DNA of 64,000 nucleotides from an uncultured Gammaproteobacteria bacterium (GTDB lineage Bacteria; Pseudomonadota; Gammaproteobacteria; GCA-002705445; GCA-002716945): NCBI GenBank assembly GCA_902521725.1, contig CABYTF010000004.1, positions 19,049 to 83,048 of the forward strand, read 5' to 3'. Shown piece by piece: positions 42,890 to 51,964 of this stretch (position 1 is its first letter; each line of letters starts with the position of its first letter). The notes under the pieces were generated by a model. It saw only the letters and a program-made list of their open reading frames with translations, ran no database searches and was not told where the DNA came from. The position numbers and the translations under genes were made by a program.

Positions 42890-42921
42890 ATGAATACTAT
42901 TACGAAGACAATAGTATTCAT
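42890..42921. terminator. Candidate bidirectional hairpin between convergent ABM gene and pntB
   Basis: Perfect 12-bp inverted repeat ATGAATACTATT-N8-AATAGTATTCAT followed by a T-rich stretch. The stem is AT-rich, so stability is modest. Confidence 0.3.
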
Positions 42922-42946
42922 AATTTTATAGTAATTGTTCAAAAGA

Positions 42947-44359
42947 CTAGTTATTTAGAGTTAAAACTTGTGATAAAGATTCCTTCGCATCACCAAATAA
43001 CATCCTAGTATTATCTTTAAAGAAAAGTGGATTTTCTACACCAGCATAACCGGTAGACATACCTCTCTTCATGACCACAGTATATGTCCCTCTCCAACAC
43101 TCTATAACCGGCATTCCAGCTATTGGGCTATTTGGATCCTCAAGAGCGGATGGATTAACAATGTCATTCGCGCCAATTACGATTGATAAGTCAATGTTGT
43201 CAAAATCATCATTGACCTCCTCCATTTCATAAACAATATCATATGGAATTTGTGCTTCTGCTAAAAGTACGTTCATATGACCTGGCATTCTTCCTGCAAC
43301 AGGATGGATGACAAATATTACTTCTATATCTTTTGTTTTGAGAATATTTATTATTTCATTTACTACAAATTGAGCTTGAGCTACAGCCATACCATATCCG
43401 GGAATGATTGCAATTTTTTTTGATGAGGTAATCATATTTTTAAATTCATCTATATCAATTGCTTGAACCTCGCCTTGATCTGTATTCGCAGTCGCAACTG
43501 TAGTAGACTCAGTTCCAAAACCACCAGCAATGACTGATATAAAACTTCTATTCATTGCTCTGCACATAATGTAGCTCAGTATTGCTCCACTGCTTCCTAC
43601 TAGTGCTCCCACTACAATTAGCAGATCATTACTTAGCATAAAGCCTGTTGCTGATGCTGCCCATCCTGAATAGGAATTTAACATTGATACTACTACCGGC
43701 ATATCTGCACCTCCGATAGAAGCAACTAAGTGTATACCAAAAAAGAAAGATATGGTCAGCATTATAGCGAGTGGCAAATAAGCACTCTCTATATTTGCAG
43801 AAGATACAAAGCCATGTCCAAAATAAATTATAGCAAGCACCATGATTAGATTTAGATAATGCTTTGCAGGCAACATTAAGGGATTACCAGAAAGTTTTCC
43901 ACTTAGTTTTCCAAAAGCGATTACAGAACCAGAAAATGTGACCATACCTATAAAAATTCCTATATAAATTTCTATCGAATGTATAGTCTTCTCTACACCT
44001 ATGTAGTCTTGTGTTGGATTTATAAAGTTCACAAGACCGACTAGAACTGCTGCCATACCAACTAAACTGTGTAATATTGCAACTAGCTCTGGCATTTCTG
44101 TCATTTGAACCCTCTTTGACAATACTAATCCTATAGAACCACCTAGTAGAATTAAAATAATCAAAAGTCCATAATTACTCGATACCTGTGGACCTAGGAA
44201 AGTAGCAATCACTGCAATAAGCATGGCACTGATTCCGTACAAGTTGCCCTTCCTTGATGTTTCTTGATTACTTAAGCCACCAAGAGTTAAGATGAATAAT
44301 ACAGCAGAGACAATGTATAGTGCTCTTACAACCTCCATGTTTAATATCTCTAAATTCAT
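42947..44359 (-). CDS. pntB: NAD(P) transhydrogenase subunit beta
   Basis: Polytopic N-terminus plus a C-terminal NADP(H)-binding domain, 470 aa, downstream of pntA. Confidence 0.9.
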   Translation of the reverse strand: MNLEILNMEVVRALYIVSAVLFILTLGGLSNQETSRKGNLYGISAMLIAVIATFLGPQVSSNYGLLIILILLGGSIGLVLSKRVQMTEMPELVAILHSLVGMAAVLVGLVNFINPTQDYIGVEKTIHSIEIYIGIFIGMVTFSGSVIAFGKLSGKLSGNPLMLPAKHYLNLIMVLAIIYFGHGFVSSANIESAYLPLAIMLTISFFFGIHLVASIGGADMPVVVSMLNSYSGWAASATGFMLSNDLLIVVGALVGSSGAILSYIMCRAMNRSFISVIAGGFGTESTTVATANTDQGEVQAIDIDEFKNMITSSKKIAIIPGYGMAVAQAQFVVNEIINILKTKDIEVIFVIHPVAGRMPGHMNVLLAEAQIPYDIVYEMEEVNDDFDNIDLSIVIGANDIVNPSALEDPNSPIAGMPVIECWRGTYTVVMKRGMSTGYAGVENPLFFKDNTRMLFGDAKESLSQVLTLNN

Positions 44360-45873
44360 TTTTTAAACATTCCCAACATTCTCTTAGTGACAGCGAAACC
44401 ACCAAATATATTTATGCTAGCTATGAATATCGCTACACTTGCGAGTATTAATGAAATAGTGTCCGTTGTTGATATTTGTGTGATTGCCCCAATGATGATG
44501 ATGCTACTAACTGCATTGGTCACAGACATAAGTGGTGTATGAAGTGAGGCTGTAACATTCCAGATAACCATGTAGCCTACAAAACATGACAATACAAAGA
44601 CTGTAAAATGGTTCATAAAAGATGCGGGTGCAAACGCCCCTACTAAAAATAACGATGCTAAAGCAAGAGCTGCAGGTATAACTGATGATTTCTTCTCAAC
44701 TGGCTTTACGTTAGGCTCAACTTTCTTCTCAGTTTGTTTAGGTGCAACTGATACCTCAATTTTAGGTGGTGGGTATGTTATTGAGCCATCTTTAACGACG
44801 GTCATTCCTCTAATTACGTCATCTTCCATATTAATATCTATCTTTCCGTCTTTAGCTGGAGTTAGTTCGTCAAGAATATGAAATAGATTGTTTGAATAAA
44901 GTTCACTCGATTGAGATGGAAGGCGTGATGGTAAATCAGTAAACCCAATTATTTTTACACCATTATGCTCTGCTATAGCATCTTTTTCACAAAGCTCACA
45001 ATTACCGCCTTGCTGCGATGCCAAATCAACTATAATAGATCCGGGCTTCATAACTTCAACCATATCTTTTGTTATAAGTTTAGGTGCTTCTTTGCCAGGA
45101 ATAAGTGCGGTCGTGATTATTATATCAACATCACGAGCTTGTTCTCTGAAAAGGGCCATCTCTGCTGCGATAAATTCCTTGCTCATGACTTTTGCATAGC
45201 CATCAGTACTAGAACCATCCTCATCAAGATTAACAGTTAAAAATTGTGCACCCAAACTTTCAACTTGTTCTTTAACTTCTGGGCGAGTATCAAATGCTCT
45301 TACGATGGCTCCTAAGCTTGTTGCTGTACCAATGGCCGACAATCCTGCCACACCTGCTCCGATGATTAAGATTTTTGCTGGGTTGATTTTACCAGCTGCA
45401 GTAATTTGACCACCAAAAAATCGCCCAAAATAGTGTGCGGCTTCAATGACGGCTCTAGATCCAGCCACATTCGCCATTGATGATAATGCATCCATTTTTT
45501 GTGCGCGAGAAATACGAGGAACAGAATCCATAGATAATATGTTTAAACTATCTTTACTGCACATTTTAAGAGATTCAGTATTTGTGGCTGGGCTAAAAAA
45601 TGAGATGAGTGTTTGATTTGAATTTAGCTTCGAAATCTCATCAGCGTCAGGCTTGTTGATTTTTAACAGGATATCGCACTGGAAAATATCCTTTTGATCT
45701 AATATTTTCGCACCTGCTTCTTCATAAGAACTATTATAAAAATTGGATAGTTCTCCTGCATTGTCTTCAATGCAGACATCATGACCGAGTTTCTTAATTT
45801 TGTTGATTGTTGAGGGTGTAAGTGCGACTCTTTTCTCGTTTGTCCTATTCTCTTTTAGTACACCTATCTTCAT
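44356..45873 (-). CDS. pntA: NAD(P) transhydrogenase subunit alpha
   Basis: Alanine-dehydrogenase-like dI domain (GAGVAGL) and C-terminal TM helices, 505 aa. Confidence 0.9.
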   Translation of the reverse strand: MKIGVLKENRTNEKRVALTPSTINKIKKLGHDVCIEDNAGELSNFYNSSYEEAGAKILDQKDIFQCDILLKINKPDADEISKLNSNQTLISFFSPATNTESLKMCSKDSLNILSMDSVPRISRAQKMDALSSMANVAGSRAVIEAAHYFGRFFGGQITAAGKINPAKILIIGAGVAGLSAIGTATSLGAIVRAFDTRPEVKEQVESLGAQFLTVNLDEDGSSTDGYAKVMSKEFIAAEMALFREQARDVDIIITTALIPGKEAPKLITKDMVEVMKPGSIIVDLASQQGGNCELCEKDAIAEHNGVKIIGFTDLPSRLPSQSSELYSNNLFHILDELTPAKDGKIDINMEDDVIRGMTVVKDGSITYPPPKIEVSVAPKQTEKKVEPNVKPVEKKSSVIPAALALASLFLVGAFAPASFMNHFTVFVLSCFVGYMVIWNVTASLHTPLMSVTNAVSSIIIIGAITQISTTDTISLILASVAIFIASINIFGGFAVTKRMLGMFKK

Positions 45874-45969
45874 AATAAAGTCTTATATTAATGTTAAAAG
45901 CTGACTTTCACAACTAGAACTAACAAATAATCTAATGTTGGTACTTTTTGTAAGGTTAAATTCTAAATT

Positions 45970-46404
45970 ATGGTACCATCGTGTAATACAAATAAAAAAT
46001 TATTGATGACTAACCGATATCCACTGCCCTCAAATAAAAAAATTGGAATATTCTTTTTTATAATCCTTACGATATTGAGTGTTGTGCTTTTTATATATGA
46101 TTATCCATTGATTTCAGTGATAACACTCACTACTGGACTGATATTTTTAACTCTATCCTACCTCAAACCAGATCTTCTGCTTCCAGTCAATAAGGCATGG
46201 ATGACTCTTGGGTATTTACTAGGATATATCGTTAGTCCTATTGTAATCGGATCTATTTTTTTTGTTATTTTCACTCCTATAAGTATATTTTTGAAGATAA
46301 TTGGCAGAGATGAACTCAAACTACTTAATAAAAATTCCGATAGTTATTGGAGAAAAAGACAACTTAATAAGGGCAGTCAAACCTCGTTTAAAAATCAATT
46401 TTAA
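45970..46404 (+). CDS. SxtJ-like small membrane protein
   Basis: 144 aa, three to four TM helices. It lies directly upstream of a 49-aa ORF and a carbamoyltransferase, mirroring the sxtJ-sxtK-sxtI arrangement. Confidence 0.5.
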   Translation: MVPSCNTNKKLLMTNRYPLPSNKKIGIFFFIILTILSVVLFIYDYPLISVITLTTGLIFLTLSYLKPDLLLPVNKAWMTLGYLLGYIVSPIVIGSIFFVIFTPISIFLKIIGRDELKLLNKNSDSYWRKRQLNKGSQTSFKNQF

Positions 46405-46413
46405 TTATAAATA

Positions 46414-46562
46414 TGGAATTTATTAGAGAATTACTAATTTTTCTTAGAGTTAGAAAAAAATTATGGCTAACTCCAATCATCTTAATCATGATAATACTTG
46501 GTGGTTTGCTTATTATTGCTCAAGGCTCGGTAATTGCTCCATTTATATACACTGTGTTCTAG
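46414..46562 (+). CDS. SxtK/DUF5989-like micro membrane protein (49 aa, not in supplied ORF track)
   Basis: Read by hand as MEFIRELLIFLRVRKKLWLTPIILIMIILGGLLIIAQGSVIAPFIYTVF, with a single TM. It is tightly packed between the 144-aa ORF and the carbamoyltransferase start. Confidence 0.5.
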
Positions 46563-46565
46563 GTT

Positions 46566-48395
46566 ATGTATATTTTAGGTATATCAGCGTATTATCATGA
46601 TAGCGCTGCATGCATAATAAAAGAAGATGTCATAGTAGCTGCTGCACAGGAAGAGAGATTTACAAGAAAAAAACATGACAAATCGTTCCCATCGAATGCT
46701 ATTAAATACTGTATAGCAGAGGCGAAAATAGATCTCTCTGAAATACATAATATCGTATTTTATGAAAAACCATTCCTTAAGTTTGAGAGATTACTTGAAA
46801 CATATTTGGCATTTGCACCACGTGGTTTTAAAAGTTTTAGACAATTTATGCCCATTTGGGTAAAAGATAAACTGTTTCAAAAAAATAATCTTATCAAGAA
46901 ATTAGAGGAGATTGATGACAAAATTGACTGGAAAAATAAATTGCTATTTTCAGAGCACCACCTCTCGCATGCCGCAAGTGCATTTTATCCTTCACCATTT
47001 GAAAATGCTGCGGTACTTACTCTTGATGGTGTTGGGGAGTGGGCTACAACATCGCTTGCTATAGGAAACAGTAACAAACTTGATGTGATAAAAGAAATAT
47101 TTTTCCCACATTCAATCGGTCTTTTATATTCAGCATTTACATACTACCTAGGTTTCAAAGTTAACTCAGGAGAATATAAAATGATGGGTCTAGCTCCGTA
47201 TGGTGAACCTAAGTATACAAAACTCATAAAAGATAATTTAGTTGATATTGCTGATGATGGCTCTTTTCATCTAGATATGAGTTATTTTGATTATGCTACA
47301 GGTTTGACTATGACTAACAGTAAGTTTCATAATTTATTTCATGGGCCACCAAGGAGACCTGAGACTGACTTGGCGCAGAAAGATATGGATATCGCAGCAT
47401 CCATACAAAATGTGACTGAGGAAATTCTCGTTAAAATGGTTACATCCATAGCAAAAGAAACAGGTGAAAGTAACTTGTGTCTTGCTGGTGGAGTAGCTCT
47501 AAATTGTGTTGCAAACGGAGTCTTATTAAGAAAAAATATTTTTAATAATATTTATATTCAGCCTGCAGCGGGTGATGCTGGTGGAGCATTAGGTGCGGCA
47601 TTAGCTACTTGGTTCATACATTATGAAAACAAAAGGGATAATTCTAATCGAGACATGATGCAAGGTGCATACCTAGGTCCAAAATACTCACAAAATGAAA
47701 TTAATAAAACACTGGATAAATGTAATGCTAAATATCACATGCTTGATGAGGACCAAATAATAACTAAAGTAGTTGATGGTATTTGTGAACAAAAAGCAAT
47801 AGGGTTAATGCAAGGTAGGATGGAGTTCGGTCCAAGAGCACTTGGTTCCAGGAGTATCATAGCTGATCCTCGTTCAGAAATTATGCAAAAGAAACTTAAT
47901 TTAAAGATAAAATTTAGAGAGAGTTTTCGGCCATTTGCACCAAGTATTCTTGACGAGCATAAAAGTGACTGGTTTGAGTTAGACAAGACAAGTCCCTATA
48001 TGCTAATGGTTGCACATGTGAATAAACAGAAAAGGATTTCGTTTGATAGAAATAAAAAATGTACAGGTCTAGAAATGTTAAATCAAATAAGATCAGAGAT
48101 CCCCGCAGTAACTCATGTAGATTATACAGCTAGAGTACAAACAGTTCATAAAAATTTAAATCCTATGTATTATGGTATAATCAATGAGTTTCATCACAGA
48201 ACCAGTTGCCCTATTGTAATAAACACATCATTCAATATTAGAGGCGAACCAATAGTCTGTTCACCAGGAGATGCTTTCAGATGTTTCATGGGTACAGATT
48301 TAGATATTCTTGTTATAGAAAATTTTATTTTATATAAAGAAGAACAAGATTCATCACTCAAGAATCAATATCAGAATGATTATGAGCTTGATTAA
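46566..48395 (+). CDS. Carbamoyltransferase (NodU/CmcH/HypF-like family)
   Basis: 609 aa. The N-terminal ILGISAYYHDSAA ASKHA-like domain and C-terminal YrdC-like/Kae1-like pattern are typical of O-carbamoyltransferases. Confidence 0.8.
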   Translation: MYILGISAYYHDSAACIIKEDVIVAAAQEERFTRKKHDKSFPSNAIKYCIAEAKIDLSEIHNIVFYEKPFLKFERLLETYLAFAPRGFKSFRQFMPIWVKDKLFQKNNLIKKLEEIDDKIDWKNKLLFSEHHLSHAASAFYPSPFENAAVLTLDGVGEWATTSLAIGNSNKLDVIKEIFFPHSIGLLYSAFTYYLGFKVNSGEYKMMGLAPYGEPKYTKLIKDNLVDIADDGSFHLDMSYFDYATGLTMTNSKFHNLFHGPPRRPETDLAQKDMDIAASIQNVTEEILVKMVTSIAKETGESNLCLAGGVALNCVANGVLLRKNIFNNIYIQPAAGDAGGALGAALATWFIHYENKRDNSNRDMMQGAYLGPKYSQNEINKTLDKCNAKYHMLDEDQIITKVVDGICEQKAIGLMQGRMEFGPRALGSRSIIADPRSEIMQKKLNLKIKFRESFRPFAPSILDEHKSDWFELDKTSPYMLMVAHVNKQKRISFDRNKKCTGLEMLNQIRSEIPAVTHVDYTARVQTVHKNLNPMYYGIINEFHHRTSCPIVINTSFNIRGEPIVCSPGDAFRCFMGTDLDILVIENFILYKEEQDSSLKNQYQNDYELD

Positions 48396-49479
48396 GAATA
48401 TTTTTATAGAAAAAGTACTTATTATATTATTTTATATAATACTGATATTATTTTTTATTGAAGTCTTATTCAGAAGTTTCATATTGCCTCATAAATCACT
48501 TTATTTAGATAGTAATAATGATGCACGACCTAAACATTTTCTAATTGATGACTGGATAAGTGAAGGTCTTGTTATAAAAGATGGACAAAGGATGCACAAG
48601 AGCGACATTAAGGGAGAGTATGATAATCTTGATGATTATAATATTGCTTTAGTTGGTGATTCAGTTGCATTTGGTAATTTTTTGGCTACTGATAATACTC
48701 TGGCATATCTTTTAGATCAAAAATCTACAAATGTTACAATAACTAACTATGGAGTACCTGGATATAATATTTATGATTACTTTGATGTTATAAAACAATT
48801 AGAAATAAATAAATATGATTTGATATTATATCAACTGACGAAAAATGACATTACATTAGCAAGTACTGGGATGTATTCATTGCTTAGAAATGATGATGAA
48901 GTGATTGTTCGATACAATGAAATTAATACTGATACAGAAAGTCAAATAAAACTATTCCTTCAAAGATATCTTAAATCTATTTATGTAGTAGCTAGTATGT
49001 TTAAAAATAGGAATAATGATCATCATGTGAACTATACGAAAGCTACATATAAAGAAGCAGCGAAGTCTAAATGTCTTAATGAGATTCAAAAAGAATATGA
49101 ATCTCATATTGAGATAGAAACGTTCTTAAATCAGGCTTATGCAAAAAAGAAATATACACAAAAGATGATAAAGGTAATCAATGAAACTAATGAATTTGTG
49201 ACAAATAATTTAAAAAGTAAAATGATACTTATTCCCACTTGGAATTACTATGAGTTAAAAAATGTGAGCAGTTCCTCTTATAGAGCTTTTATACTAGAAC
49301 TCAAGAATAGTGGTATCGATATTCCTTCAAATTTAATTCACAAAGATACTTATAAGGATTATAAAAAATGCGGATATTGGGGTGATCCAGGACATCCGGG
49401 ACCTAGGTATAACTATGATTTATCAGTGATATTGATAGAAAAAATTCGAGCTTTAAAAAAAATGAACAATATAGATTAA
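48376..49479 (+). CDS. Membrane-anchored SGNH/GDSL hydrolase-family protein
   Basis: N-terminal TM helix, then ALVGDSVAFGN (block I Ser) and WGDPGHPG (DxxH catalytic dyad). Confidence 0.6.
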   Translation: MIMSLIKNIFIEKVLIILFYIILILFFIEVLFRSFILPHKSLYLDSNNDARPKHFLIDDWISEGLVIKDGQRMHKSDIKGEYDNLDDYNIALVGDSVAFGNFLATDNTLAYLLDQKSTNVTITNYGVPGYNIYDYFDVIKQLEINKYDLILYQLTKNDITLASTGMYSLLRNDDEVIVRYNEINTDTESQIKLFLQRYLKSIYVVASMFKNRNNDHHVNYTKATYKEAAKSKCLNEIQKEYESHIEIETFLNQAYAKKKYTQKMIKVINETNEFVTNNLKSKMILIPTWNYYELKNVSSSSYRAFILELKNSGIDIPSNLIHKDTYKDYKKCGYWGDPGHPGPRYNYDLSVILIEKIRALKKMNNID

Positions 49480-49488
49480 TCTTATAAA

Positions 49489-50577
49489 TTATTTGCTGCT
49501 TTGCGACTTAGAGTAAAAATTTTCAATGAAATTCTCAGCAATTAGGCGGTTACCCTCGCTGTTGTAGTGTACATCATTCAAGATATAATATCGCTCGATT
49601 ACTGACCAACGATCTGTCCTATCAACTTCTTTAAAAAAGTTTTCATAATTATTTAAGAACATATAACATTTATCATTACAAAAATTTTTCCATAGACGTA
49701 CATGATTATTATCCGCTTTATCCCAGAGTATTTGGCTTGGCCATGGATAGACAGCAATAGATAACTCAATGTTATTTGTCTTTAGTAGATTATAGATACG
49801 CTCCATATAATACAAATTTTTGTTCATCATATCTTTTACAGATAGTTTATTTCTAAATAATAATTCTTGATTGTATGTCCAAGATCCACGATGAAAATCT
49901 TTTTTAAAAATAATATTATTTTTATCAAGAGCATTATAAGGCTGTTCATTCTCTGTAAAAGTCTGTTTGGCTTTTCTTAGATGAATATATGTAAATGGGA
50001 AATGAGTTTTAAAAAAATCTTTTATTTCTCTATATAAATCCTTTTCTATCAGTTGAAACGTCCTATTATCAAGAATATGATTATTATCTATTCCGCTAGC
50101 TGACTCGATATAAATAGCTTCATCTTGAATATCGCTAATATCTGCATAAACAACTATATGCTTGAATTTATAGTCATTACTTAGTAAATATTTTATCTTA
50201 TGATAATAAATTGATGGTGAATAAGATGATACTCCAAGATTAGCGATTTTATGATCGTCCAAATGATTAGCGATCAAGCCAACGAATGATTTATCGTAAT
50301 CTAGGCCCTCGGTAAAGCTATCACCTATGATGGCAATATCAAACTTTTTGTTTTGATCCTTTTCGTTAAAATCTTTACAGCTGATTTTGAATGCATTTTT
50401 ATCAGTACATGCAGTGTACTTAGTAGTGCCCCATAGAGATTCTTTTTTTATCTCTACTTGCATATCATGATGATAGACATCATGGTTTCTTCTTAGTTCT
50501 TTATAGTTGATAACTTGTTCAATAATATAAAGGAAAGGTATTATAAGAAATAAGATTATAATAAGATCTTTTTTCAT
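49489..50577 (-). CDS. Membrane-anchored SGNH hydrolase-family protein (AlgX/AlgJ-like)
   Basis: N-terminal TM helix, then AIIGDSFTEG (block I) and NDVHYN near the C-terminus resembling the AlgJ/AlgX DxHW motif. Confidence 0.55.
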   Translation of the reverse strand: MKKDLIIILFLIIPFLYIIEQVINYKELRRNHDVYHHDMQVEIKKESLWGTTKYTACTDKNAFKISCKDFNEKDQNKKFDIAIIGDSFTEGLDYDKSFVGLIANHLDDHKIANLGVSSYSPSIYYHKIKYLLSNDYKFKHIVVYADISDIQDEAIYIESASGIDNNHILDNRTFQLIEKDLYREIKDFFKTHFPFTYIHLRKAKQTFTENEQPYNALDKNNIIFKKDFHRGSWTYNQELLFRNKLSVKDMMNKNLYYMERIYNLLKTNNIELSIAVYPWPSQILWDKADNNHVRLWKNFCNDKCYMFLNNYENFFKEVDRTDRWSVIERYYILNDVHYNSEGNRLIAENFIENFYSKSQSSK

Positions 50578-50637
50578 TGCATAGCCTTATTTAGCTCACT
50601 ATTTATAAATTTATTCATTTGTAAAAATACTCGTATA

Positions 50638-51636
50638 TCAGTTAAATATCATCTCAAGCAACTCATAAAATCTTCTGCCACTTCTATTACGATTAGTTAT
50701 ATACTCAACATGTAAATCATTTCTTTTATTCTCATCTACTTTGATTCCCCAGAGACCTTCAGCGCTATTTGGTAGAGATGAAAATCTTATATCATATATT
50801 ATATTTTTATTCTCTTGATCAAAAGCTAGGTATCCATTCGAAAACCAATTGAATCTTTTTACATCCTTGAATTGTTGTGAATTTTTGTCTAACCAAGTGA
50901 AGTCTCTTTTTATATCAATTTTTTGAATAGAAGTTCCAGAAAATATTTTAGGTTTAAGACCAAGTCGCACTGCATTTATATGATAATTATTTTCATAAGT
51001 ATAAATCACCTTCCATAATATAATATTGCCGAAGCTTGGCTTGGCTTCAATACTGTCAAGTTTATGCCCTTGACTTATTGCATATCTTTCAATAACATTC
51101 TCTGCCCTTTCTTTTTGAATGTATGCAATAGATTGATATGATATTGCCCAAACGATCGCGTATGTTGCGAATGAGCTTTTATTTTTATGCATCGCTAGTA
51201 TAACTAAAAATACTATCGGAAGTGTAAATAATGGATCTATTACTGATATCGTATTGAATGCGATTCTAGTATCGGCAAATGGCCAGAGTAATTGTGTTCC
51301 ATATGTTGTAAGTGAATCAATAATTCCATGAGTGGCATATCCAAGTGTTGAGTATAGATATGTGATTCCAAATGTAAGCTGATAACGGCGAGTAAAAATA
51401 AAATAAAATACAATAGAGCAAATAAGACCTCCAAGTGGAATGAATAATAATGAATGTGTGAAGTGTCTGTGATATTCGAGAAATAAAAGAGGATCATCAT
51501 TTGATCTTATGAAAATATCTATATCAGGTGCTAGACCAGCTAAAAAACCAAGTAGAGTAATTATTATAATGTTATTCTTCTTACTTAAAGATTGAGCTGC
51601 GGCTGCACCTACTATTCCTTGTGTTAATGGATCCAT
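50638..51636 (-). CDS. Membrane-bound metal-dependent hydrolase (YdjM/DUF457-like) with C-terminal soluble extension
   Basis: N-terminal MDPLTQGIVGAA...HRHFTHS with histidines typical of the DUF457 inner-membrane hydrolase fold. The C-terminal ~150 aa are hydrophilic. Confidence 0.5.
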   Translation of the reverse strand: MDPLTQGIVGAAAAQSLSKKNNIIIITLLGFLAGLAPDIDIFIRSNDDPLLFLEYHRHFTHSLLFIPLGGLICSIVFYFIFTRRYQLTFGITYLYSTLGYATHGIIDSLTTYGTQLLWPFADTRIAFNTISVIDPLFTLPIVFLVILAMHKNKSSFATYAIVWAISYQSIAYIQKERAENVIERYAISQGHKLDSIEAKPSFGNIILWKVIYTYENNYHINAVRLGLKPKIFSGTSIQKIDIKRDFTWLDKNSQQFKDVKRFNWFSNGYLAFDQENKNIIYDIRFSSLPNSAEGLWGIKVDENKRNDLHVEYITNRNRSGRRFYELLEMIFN

Positions 51637-51690
51637 ATTAATTATGCTTTGTAGTGTCTTTCATAAACTGAGGATTTTCATTTACACAGT

Positions 51691-51825
51691 TCATTGCATG
51701 CCATAATAAAGTGCGAAAGTTACAAGCAGAGGAACAACAAGCATAAAAATAATGATTGCTATGATCCAAGTCATAGGCTTTTCTCGATCAATGAATCCAA
51801 ATATTAATCCCTTTCTATCTTTCAT
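51691..51825 (-). CDS. Micro membrane protein (44 aa), hypothetical; not in supplied track
   Basis: Read by hand as MKDRKGLIFGFIDREKPMTWIIAIIIFMLVVPLLVTFALYYGMQ. Its ATG overlaps the stop of the upstream micro-ORF (ATGA coupling). Confidence 0.35.
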   Translation of the reverse strand: MKDRKGLIFGFIDREKPMTWIIAIIIFMLVVPLLVTFALYYGMQ

Positions 51826-51959
51826 TTCACTAGTTGAAGCAGACCATAAGCGAATAACAAACCGAAGATAAAACCACCATTAACAAATAAAAGGTACTCT
51901 CCGGCTATAGACCCTGCTGATAAAACAAAAAAGTATGTGCCGGGTCTCGCGTTGCTCAT
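51822..51959 (-). CDS. Micro membrane protein (45 aa), hypothetical; not in supplied track
   Basis: Read by hand as MSNARPGTYFFVLSAGSIAGEYLLFVNGGFIFGLLFAYGLLQLVK. It starts 6 nt after the ferritin-like gene stop. Confidence 0.35.
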   Translation of the reverse strand: MSNARPGTYFFVLSAGSIAGEYLLFVNGGFIFGLLFAYGLLQLVK

Positions 51960-51964
51960 TAAAA

